Source of the DNA: a virus
Length of the DNA: 64,000 nt
Virus record (IMG/VR): IMGVR_UViG_3300047321_000238
Coordinates: 48,297 to 112,296 of that record
Reading direction: 5' to 3' (one strand)
This document shows positions 57,536 through 64,000 of the stretch, piece after piece; position 1 is the first letter of the stretch, and each line of letters opens with the position of its first letter. Made by a program: the position numbers and the translations under genes. The notes beneath the pieces are model-generated. The model ran no database searches, had not been told where the DNA came from, and saw only the letters and a list, made by a program, of their open reading frames with translations.

Positions 57536-57782
57536 ATGATAATTATTAAGATTATAGTAGCTGTCTTTATTGTTTCTTGGATATTAGCTAAGGATTCTGT
57601 AGAGAAATAGGAAGAAGGTTAAATTATGATCAAATTAATAATTGTAATATTTATTGTATTGTATGTAGTAAGTATTATGAATGAATAAGATGGAGCTCTA
57701 ATAGGCTCCTACTTTATATGAGCTATTAATAATATAATGGTTGATATAAAGTATTACGTAATAAAGAAAGGGTGGAGTAATT

Positions 57783-57863
57783 ATGGCATATGAAATTAAG
57801 TGTCTTCATTGTGGACAGGAATATGATGGCCTGGATTATGTTGAAACAGGAGGTATGATATGA
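57783..57863 (+). CDS. micro-ORF, 26 aa, CxxC-containing
   Basis: GGTGGAG RBS. MAYEIKCLHCGQEYDGLDYVETGGMI. Confidence 0.3.
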   Translation: MAYEIKCLHCGQEYDGLDYVETGGMI

Positions 57864-58036
57864 ATAATAAAAATGAGATATATGTTTGTAATGCTAATTG
57901 TCCCGAATTAGATAGTGATAATAGTAAGCACTGTACCTGTACCGTTAAAAATGAAGAAGATAAGTTTAATATGTTAAATAATGAATGTCCATGTGGAAAT
58001 AATTCAAAATGGGCATTAAAAGAAAAGTTACAATAA
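57860..58036 (+). CDS. small Cys-rich protein, 58 aa (8 Cys)
   Basis: AGGAGG RBS. CNANCP, CTC and CPCG motifs. Not in track. Confidence 0.4.
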   Translation: MNNKNEIYVCNANCPELDSDNSKHCTCTVKNEEDKFNMLNNECPCGNNSKWALKEKLQ

Positions 58037-58054
58037 ACATGGAGGAATAAAATT

Positions 58055-58168
58055 ATGAAGCTTGAATTAGCAATATGTAAAGAATGTAAACACAAATCCT
58101 TCTGTAAAAAGAAAAAAGTTCAATGTGAAGAGTATTCAATTTTAATAAGAGCATTAGAAAGCAAATAA
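58055..58168 (+). CDS. small Cys-rich protein, 37 aa
   Basis: GGAGGAATAA RBS. CKECKHKSFC...C. Confidence 0.35.
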   Translation: MKLELAICKECKHKSFCKKKKVQCEEYSILIRALESK

Positions 58169-58179
58169 GGAGGTTTAAT

Positions 58180-58368
58180 ATGTCAAATAAATTTCAAAGA
58201 TTAGCTATTCAAGTGGCTAAAGATGATTCTAAAAAGGAGTATTATATAAATAGAAAGTTTAATATTAGAGAAACTAAGTCTTTAGTATTGGCAGGATTTA
58301 GAGAAGAACTAAGAACATATGAAGATGCAAGAAGATATAAAAATTGGAATAAAAATATAGAATTTTAA
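58180..58368 (+). CDS. small basic protein, 62 aa (MSNKFQR N-terminus)
   Basis: Track ORF with AAGGAGG RBS. Confidence 0.5.
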   Translation: MSNKFQRLAIQVAKDDSKKEYYINRKFNIRETKSLVLAGFREELRTYEDARRYKNWNKNIEF

Positions 58369-58379
58369 GGAGGATTAAT

Positions 58380-58646
58380 ATGGACGAAGATAATAGAGTT
58401 TATTACAAGATTTTTAAGTCTCCAGGGATAAACAATAAATTAACTATTATTACTATGCAATGGTTTGACGAAAATCAATATGAACAAAAGAGATTTTTTA
58501 AAGATAAGCAAGGAAATCAATTAGAATTCGAAGACAAAGAGAAAGCAGTTGAATGGTTATTAGACAATATTAAAGAAGAACTTATAGATGAAGAGTATCT
58601 AAAATGCAAAATAATGAAAGACGAAGATTATTTATTAAGTAAATAA
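58380..58646 (+). CDS. hypothetical protein, 88 aa
   Basis: Track ORF with AAGGAGGA RBS. Confidence 0.5.
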   Translation: MDEDNRVYYKIFKSPGINNKLTIITMQWFDENQYEQKRFFKDKQGNQLEFEDKEKAVEWLLDNIKEELIDEEYLKCKIMKDEDYLLSK

Positions 58647-58673
58647 ATTATATTAAAGATGGGGGAATAAGAA

Positions 58674-59552
58674 ATGAAAGTTCAAAGTTTAAGTATTAGT
58701 GTACCAGCAAAGTGTACAAATAATTGCTATTTTTGTGTAGCACACATGCACAGGGAGGACTATTGTAATCAAATAGAAAACAATACAAGATTTATCGATT
58801 TATATACTAAGGATTATAAAAAGAGATTAATGTTTGCAAGAGACAATGGATGCAATACAGTTATGTTAACTGGAAATGGTGAACCATTATTAAATAAAAG
58901 ATTCTTAGAAAGATTTGCATTATGGAATGAATCATTGCCAAAGCCTTTTGTATGGATTGAAATTCAAACTTCAGGAACATTGTTAGATGATGAATATCTA
59001 AGATACTTAAGAAATACAGTAGGAGTTAATACTATTAGTTTATCATTATCGAATATTTTTGATTCAGATAAAAATGCAGAATATAATAGAACTCAAGCAG
59101 GAGTTAAAATTGATATCGATAAATTATGTGATGAAATAAAGAAATATGATTTCAATTTAAGATTATCACTTAATATGACAGACTATTATAATGACACTGA
59201 AATTAAGAGTATTTTTGAAAGAGCAAAACAATTAGGAGCAGATCAAATCACATTTAGAAAGCTATATACTAGTAGTATAAATGGAGAGAATGAACAAAAT
59301 AAGTGGATTGAAAAGCATGCTTGTGCGTCTTCTAAGTATGAAGAATTAACACAGTATGTTAAAAAGAATAGTACACCTTTAGAAGTATTACCTTTTGGAG
59401 CAATCAAGTATTCATTAGGCTCTTTTGCAGTAGTAGTTGATGATGATTCAATGAGTACTCAAATAAAAGATGATACAGTTAAATATTTAATACTTAGAGA
59501 AAATTGCAAATTATATTCAAAATGGGAAGATAAAAATTCATTAATATTCTAG
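58674..59552 (+). CDS. radical SAM superfamily enzyme
   Basis: CTNNCYFC (CxxxCxxC) cluster at residues 14-21. GNGEPLL glycine-rich SAM-binding motif. No SPASM-type C-terminal Cys cluster. Confidence 0.65.
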   Translation: MKVQSLSISVPAKCTNNCYFCVAHMHREDYCNQIENNTRFIDLYTKDYKKRLMFARDNGCNTVMLTGNGEPLLNKRFLERFALWNESLPKPFVWIEIQTSGTLLDDEYLRYLRNTVGVNTISLSLSNIFDSDKNAEYNRTQAGVKIDIDKLCDEIKKYDFNLRLSLNMTDYYNDTEIKSIFERAKQLGADQITFRKLYTSSINGENEQNKWIEKHACASSKYEELTQYVKKNSTPLEVLPFGAIKYSLGSFAVVVDDDSMSTQIKDDTVKYLILRENCKLYSKWEDKNSLIF

Positions 59553-59564
59553 GAGGAATAATAA

Positions 59565-60005
59565 ATGAAAAGAGTACAATTTCTAAAAACAGAAGAAGAT
59601 TTTAAGACATTAAAAATTGGAGATAATATCTTATTAAAATATAAAGATGGAAAGATATTTATGTTAAAAATAACTAAAATAGAGGAAAATCAATTAATTG
59701 TAAAAGAAGATGTTAGTTTTCTTCAAGAAACATACATAAATATTTCTTCTGTGATTAATAACGGATTAAATAAATATTTAGAATACATCATTGTAGAAAG
59801 AAATATAAAAAGTCCATATAGTACTCAACTTGATGGACTTATAAAGAGTATGAAAGAGCTTAGAGTAAGGTTAATGAAAGCTTATTATAGTAAGCAATTT
59901 TGTGATAATAAAACAATATTACTTGATTTAAAGGCGATGTCAAAAGGAATTGCAACAATGATGAATGATAAGCTATTATATAACATATTAAAAGGAGCTA
60001 AATGA
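59565..60005 (+). CDS. hypothetical protein, 146 aa
   Basis: Track ORF with AGGAGGAA RBS. Confidence 0.5.
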   Translation: MKRVQFLKTEEDFKTLKIGDNILLKYKDGKIFMLKITKIEENQLIVKEDVSFLQETYINISSVINNGLNKYLEYIIVERNIKSPYSTQLDGLIKSMKELRVRLMKAYYSKQFCDNKTILLDLKAMSKGIATMMNDKLLYNILKGAK

Positions 60006-60006
60006 T

Positions 60007-60177
60007 ATGGTAGATAATAAAAAAGATAATGCATTTATTGAAAAAATTGCTAAAGAAATTGATGAAAATAAAATACACATAGGAATTGAAAATATATTAG
60101 AACTAGTTTATGATATGGGAGTTAAAGAAGGAAAAGCATTGGTAGTAAAAAATGCTGTTGAATTCATAAGTAAGTAA
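60007..60177 (+). CDS. hypothetical protein, 56 aa
   Basis: Not in track. Starts 1 nt after the upstream stop. Confidence 0.3.
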   Translation: MVDNKKDNAFIEKIAKEIDENKIHIGIENILELVYDMGVKEGKALVVKNAVEFISK

Positions 60178-60198
60178 ATAATCTTGAGGGGGATTAAA

Positions 60199-61257
60199 AT
60201 GAATAAAATATCAGACATGCCAAAGAAAGGTGTATGGTTTGCTAAAGCATTACCACCACATAGAGGTCATTTAAGTACAATATTACAAGCTGCTACACAA
60301 GTACAACAATTAGATGTAATTGTATCAGAGCATGAAGAAGGAAATGGTAAACTGTGTAGAAATGTCGGAATACCATATATGCCAGGAGCAAAAAGAGTAC
60401 AATGGCTTAGTCAGGAATTAATGGACATGCCTCATATTACCGTTAAGTTACTTAATGAAAATAATATGCCTGTATATCCTAATGGATGGGATATGTGGAC
60501 TCAAGAATTACAAAAAGTTGCAGGAGAAAAAATAGATATGTTTTTCTGCGGTAAAAAAGATATAGATGTATATGGACCAAAATTAAAGAGTTATTTTCCA
60601 GGAGTTAAAGTTACAGCGTATGATACAGATACTTGTTACTTTAATATATCAGCTACAGAGATCAGAAGTAATCCAATTAAGCATTGGGACTATATATTAG
60701 GACCAGCAAGACCATTCTTTGCTAAGAAAATATTAATAGCTGGAACTGAAAGCACAGGTAAGACTACTTTAACTAAAACTTTAGCTAAGATGTATCATAC
60801 ATCATGGAGTGAAGAAGTAGGAAGATATTATGCAACGCAATATCTAGGAGGTAATGAAAATTACTTTACTGATGAAGACTTTACAAGAATAGCTCATTTG
60901 CAAGTTGAACAAGATCATCAAGCATTAAGAAACTGTAATAGAGTTTGTTTCTTTGATACAGACGCTACAGCAACAGATTACTTCAGTCAATTATATATGG
61001 GACATAGCAATAGCATAGTTAGAAGCTATATAGATCCTGATAAGTATGACATAGTGTTCATGTTGAAGCCTGATGTTGAATGGGTAGATGATGGCATGAG
61101 ATTAAATGGATCACAAGAGCAAAGAATTAAACTTCATAATAAATTAAAAGATATGTATGATAATTTAGGATTTAAAGTAGTTGAAGTAGGTGGAACATAC
61201 CAAGAAAGACTTAAATTTATATTATCAAAAATAGATGAAATGATTGGGGGAAAATAA
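60199..61257 (+). CDS. nadR: NadR-like bifunctional NMN adenylyltransferase / ribosylnicotinamide kinase (no HTH domain)
   Basis: HxGH-type motif PPHRGH in the N-terminal nucleotidyltransferase half. Walker A GTESTGKTTL in the C-terminal kinase half, as in NadR GGESSGKS. Start after GAGGGGGA. Confidence 0.75.
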   Translation: MNKISDMPKKGVWFAKALPPHRGHLSTILQAATQVQQLDVIVSEHEEGNGKLCRNVGIPYMPGAKRVQWLSQELMDMPHITVKLLNENNMPVYPNGWDMWTQELQKVAGEKIDMFFCGKKDIDVYGPKLKSYFPGVKVTAYDTDTCYFNISATEIRSNPIKHWDYILGPARPFFAKKILIAGTESTGKTTLTKTLAKMYHTSWSEEVGRYYATQYLGGNENYFTDEDFTRIAHLQVEQDHQALRNCNRVCFFDTDATATDYFSQLYMGHSNSIVRSYIDPDKYDIVFMLKPDVEWVDDGMRLNGSQEQRIKLHNKLKDMYDNLGFKVVEVGGTYQERLKFILSKIDEMIGGK

Positions 61258-61836
61258 ATGAGAAAGCTATTAAGCGTAGATAAACAAACGGATAATAAAT
61301 TCTTAAACATGTTTGTAGCAAACTATGAAGAAGACGGTGAAGAGTCTAAATACTTTATTGCATCAAGAAAAAAGAATGCAGAAGATTTAGATTGTATGAC
61401 TGGTAAGATGGTAGCTGATGCAGTAATAATCGTTCCTGTATATACTAATGGAGATATATTATTTATTAAGCAATTTAGAAAACCTATAAATGATTATATA
61501 TATGAATTTCCAGCAGGATTAATCGATGCAGGTGAAACTAGTAAACAAGCTGCAATAAGAGAGCTTCATGAAGAAACTGGATTAAGTGTAGTAAGTGCTA
61601 GAGAATTAATCAAGCCTACGTATACATCAGTTGGAATGTCAGATGAAGCTGTAGGAATATATATAGCTGAAGTTCAAGGAGAACTATCTCAAGAATATCA
61701 AGAAAAAAGCGAGGATATAAATTTTGAAATAGTAAAAATAGATGACTTAGCAAAGTTCATTAAAGAAAACAAAGTAGCAATGCAAGCATCAATACTTTCT
61801 TTATTCTTATATAGCATAGAAAAAGGAGAATATTAA
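61258..61836 (+). CDS. Nudix hydrolase (ADP-ribose pyrophosphatase-like)
   Basis: Nudix box GLIDAGETSKQAAIRELHEETGL. Start overlaps the NadR stop (TAAATG). Confidence 0.75.
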   Translation: MRKLLSVDKQTDNKFLNMFVANYEEDGEESKYFIASRKKNAEDLDCMTGKMVADAVIIVPVYTNGDILFIKQFRKPINDYIYEFPAGLIDAGETSKQAAIRELHEETGLSVVSARELIKPTYTSVGMSDEAVGIYIAEVQGELSQEYQEKSEDINFEIVKIDDLAKFIKENKVAMQASILSLFLYSIEKGEY

Positions 61837-62042
61837 TGGATATAGAAAATATTCCTGATGATATTTTTTATACTGAATATGAGAGAAGAAAATCAGAAAG
61901 AAAATCAAACCAAGAAGCCAAAGAAAAACAAGAAGAGCGACAAAGAATTAGATGGTTAGAATCTAATGGAGGAACGTGTGGTAATGATCAATGTGCTACA
62001 TCTTATTGTAGAATAAATTGTTATGGTTGTGATGGTTTTTAA
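61836..62042 (+). CDS. small protein with C-terminal Cys cluster, 68 aa
   Basis: Track ORF. CGNDQC...CRINCYGC. Confidence 0.45.
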   Translation: MDIENIPDDIFYTEYERRKSERKSNQEAKEKQEERQRIRWLESNGGTCGNDQCATSYCRINCYGCDGF

Positions 62043-62060
62043 TTTAAGGAGTGATATACA

Positions 62061-62366
62061 ATGTCATCTAATGTAATAAAATTTAATTTAAAAAAAGAAG
62101 TAGAATTGGATAAAGAATTTCAACCAATAAATGAAGAAAAAATATCTCTTTATGCTAATTGTGATGCAGTATCTTCATGGGTAGCCTATGTTGAAAATTA
62201 TGAACAAGCAAAAGAACTTATTTTACCAGAAAATATAGATGATTTATTTAATAGTTCATTAAGTTGTGATGAATTAGAAATATTTGTTGCAGTTTTAAAT
62301 AATCATTCAGAATATTATTTTTTTAATGAAGTATTTGATTATGAAGATTACAAAAATAAGGAGTGA
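62061..62366 (+). CDS. hypothetical acidic protein, 101 aa
   Basis: Track ORF with AAGGAGTGA RBS. Confidence 0.5.
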   Translation: MSSNVIKFNLKKEVELDKEFQPINEEKISLYANCDAVSSWVAYVENYEQAKELILPENIDDLFNSSLSCDELEIFVAVLNNHSEYYFFNEVFDYEDYKNKE

Positions 62367-62371
62367 TGTAA

Positions 62372-62824
62372 ATGGAAATAAAAGAAGTGAAAGGCAATTT
62401 ATTAGAAGCAAGTGAAGATCTAATATGTCATCAAGTAAACTGCCAAGGTAGAATGGGTAGTGGAGTAGCTTTAGCTATTAAAGAAAAGTATCCACAAGTA
62501 TATAAGCAATATAAAACTATGTGTAAATTAACGAATCCTTTAGGAGAAGCACAAGCAATCCAAGTATCAGAAAAACAAATAGTAATTAATATGTATGCAC
62601 AAGAATTCTATGGATATGATAAAAAGCAATATACTAGTTACGAAGCGTTTGAGAAGTGTTGTAAGAAGATTCGAGATATTGCAATTCAATTTAACTTAAG
62701 TGTAGCAATGCCATATAAGATTGGTAGTGTACGCGGAGGAGCTGAATGGGACGAGATATACAAGATATTAGTAAAGTATTTTGGACCACTAAGTAAAGTA
62801 AATTTAACGCTGTATAAATTATAA
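62372..62824 (+). CDS. macrodomain protein (DarG/TARG1-like)
   Basis: ICHQVNCQGRMGSGVALAIKEKYP parallels DarG VNTVNCVGVMGKGIALQFKRRYP and TARG1 CISEDCRMGAGIA. Confidence 0.65.
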   Translation: MEIKEVKGNLLEASEDLICHQVNCQGRMGSGVALAIKEKYPQVYKQYKTMCKLTNPLGEAQAIQVSEKQIVINMYAQEFYGYDKKQYTSYEAFEKCCKKIRDIAIQFNLSVAMPYKIGSVRGGAEWDEIYKILVKYFGPLSKVNLTLYKL

Positions 62825-62866
62825 AAGAATGAGTTAAGAGAGGAGCATTATATAAACTTAAATAAT

Positions 62867-63154
62867 ATGGATGTATTAAAGCATATAAATCGAATTAGTA
62901 GTAAAAAAATTGCTGTAGTAATGTTCAGTCGTGGTACTATGTGTTATTTTAAAACTACATTAGATGATCTAGAAGAAAATGATATGGTCTTAGTTCACAC
63001 TAAGCAGGGATATGAAATAGCACATTTTTATGAATATACAACCTATGAATTTGATGTTGAAAAAGCTATTCATTGGATAGTACAAAAAATAGATACAACA
63101 GAATATGAAGAAAATAAAAAATTATTTGAGGAGGATAACAATGTTAATAACTAG
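62867..63154 (+). CDS. MELLKYIN-leader family small protein (MDVLKHINR), distal copy
   Basis: Family N-terminus. About 36 kb from the main array. Confidence 0.5.
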   Translation: MDVLKHINRISSKKIAVVMFSRGTMCYFKTTLDDLEENDMVLVHTKQGYEIAHFYEYTTYEFDVEKAIHWIVQKIDTTEYEENKKLFEEDNNVNN

Positions 63155-63404
63155 AATAGGAAATGAAGATATAACAGTTGAAATAACAAACTCTAGCTAT
63201 TGTTCTATACCAAAATATACGATTGCATTAGGAGAAGCTGATGATTTAAGTGCAGTTCCTGAAATTAAATATGAAGATATAGATAAAACTGTAGCTATAA
63301 TGCTAGAAGCTAAAAAAATGATAGAAGATGAAATGGAATTAGACGCTAAAAATAAAGCTGAAGCAGAAAAAGCTAAGGAATTAGCAAACAAAACAATAGA
63401 TTAG
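63141..63404 (+). CDS. hypothetical protein, 87 aa
   Basis: ATG after GAGGAGGA. Track start is 63105. Confidence 0.5.
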   Translation: MLITRIGNEDITVEITNSSYCSIPKYTIALGEADDLSAVPEIKYEDIDKTVAIMLEAKKMIEDEMELDAKNKAEAEKAKELANKTID

Positions 63405-63413
63405 GGGGAATAC

Positions 63414-63908
63414 ATGTTAATAGAAATCGTACAAGCATTCATGACAAAAATTATGGATAATGGCTTAGGGACGTTTAAAAGTATTTATATTAATAAAGAA
63501 CAATACGTTAGAGGATCCTTATTTGCATCAGCTTCTACATTCTTTTATCTTGTAGGAGTCAAACAGGTTGCTACAAGTGGTTGGTTAGTCATTGGAGTAA
63601 TGACATTTGCCACTTTTATAGGGACATTGTTCCCTGGAATTTTCATGAAGAAAATAGAAAAAGATAAAACATGGACTTTTAATGTAATGGCAACATCTTT
63701 TGAAGAAGGTATTGAATTTGCAGATAAAATAAGAGAGCTTGATAATAGTTACAATATAGATATTAATACAACTATAAGTTATGATATTAATTTAAATAAA
63801 GTAGTTAGTTGTTCAATAGATTGTCCAACGAAAGAATCAAGTAAAATAGTATTAAATTTATTACCAGAAGATTTCAGTAAAAAGGTTAATATACCATTAG
63901 AAATATAA
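63414..63908 (+). CDS. membrane protein, 164 aa
   Basis: Track ORF with GGGGGAA RBS. Several hydrophobic segments. Confidence 0.55.
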   Translation: MLIEIVQAFMTKIMDNGLGTFKSIYINKEQYVRGSLFASASTFFYLVGVKQVATSGWLVIGVMTFATFIGTLFPGIFMKKIEKDKTWTFNVMATSFEEGIEFADKIRELDNSYNIDINTTISYDINLNKVVSCSIDCPTKESSKIVLNLLPEDFSKKVNIPLEI

Positions 63909-63922
63909 CAGGAGGAATGTTT

Positions 63923-64000
63923 ATGGGAATTATACACGGAATATATACAAAGTTTATGGATTTATATTGGTGGCAAATGTTATTGTGTGGAGCATATTTT
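63923..64000 (+). CDS. hypothetical protein, N-terminal fragment (runs off right window edge)
   Basis: ATG 8 nt after AGGAGG. Open to the end of the window. Confidence 0.4.
   Translation, partial: MGIIHGIYTKFMDLYWWQMLLCGAYF

Overview
This window is an AT-rich (about 28-30% GC), densely coded, phage-like region. Almost every gene has an AGGAGG-type Shine-Dalgarno sequence and short overlaps with its neighbours. A SpoIIID homolog and a YyaC-like spore protease point to a spore-forming Firmicutes (Clostridia-like) host. At the left edge, 1..4565 carries a minus-strand block of eight genes with structural-looking composition, including several Gly/Ala-rich proteins. From 5099 to the right edge, roughly 130 plus-strand genes follow after a divergent AT-rich control region at 4566..5098. 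Five features stand out. (i) Twenty-two small genes (59-208 aa; 17 of them in a tandem array at 20.3-26.3 kb) have unrelated bodies but all start with the same 8-residue N-terminus, ME[LVI]L[KSN][YH][IV]N, as do a few neighbouring small genes. Several share a C-terminal CDKQWYIDNGY motif, and repeated palindromic operator-like elements sit between them. (ii) A giant 1672-aa ORF carries a DFDID (DxDxD) motif resembling the catalytic loop of two-barrel RNA polymerases. A conserved ~30-nt intergenic motif that occurs five times may be the matching promoter, but this is unproven. (iii) An NAD+ salvage and reconstitution gene set spread across 49.8-62.8 kb is present: NadV, PnuC, an NadR-like NMN adenylyltransferase/ribosylnicotinamide kinase, a Nudix hydrolase and a DarG/TARG1-like macrodomain. 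(iv) Host-manipulation candidates include a sensor-less GGDEF diguanylate cyclase, SpoIIID, YyaC, ABC-transporter parts and a PspA-like protein. (v) Unusual non-coding DNA includes a 500-bp block of seven perfect anti-SD-complementary repeats with 2-9-codon mini-ORFs, an AGCGTTAGCGT iteron array inside a 1.1-kb ORF-free region, CC-UUCG-GG mini-hairpins, and a (TAAA)7 microsatellite. Also present are RNase H, dCMP deaminase, a guanylate-kinase-like protein, a radical SAM enzyme next to Cys-rich micro-ORFs, an MBL-fold hydrolase and a SLOG/DUF2493-like protein. All functional calls are motif-level inferences made by eye. No database searches were run.
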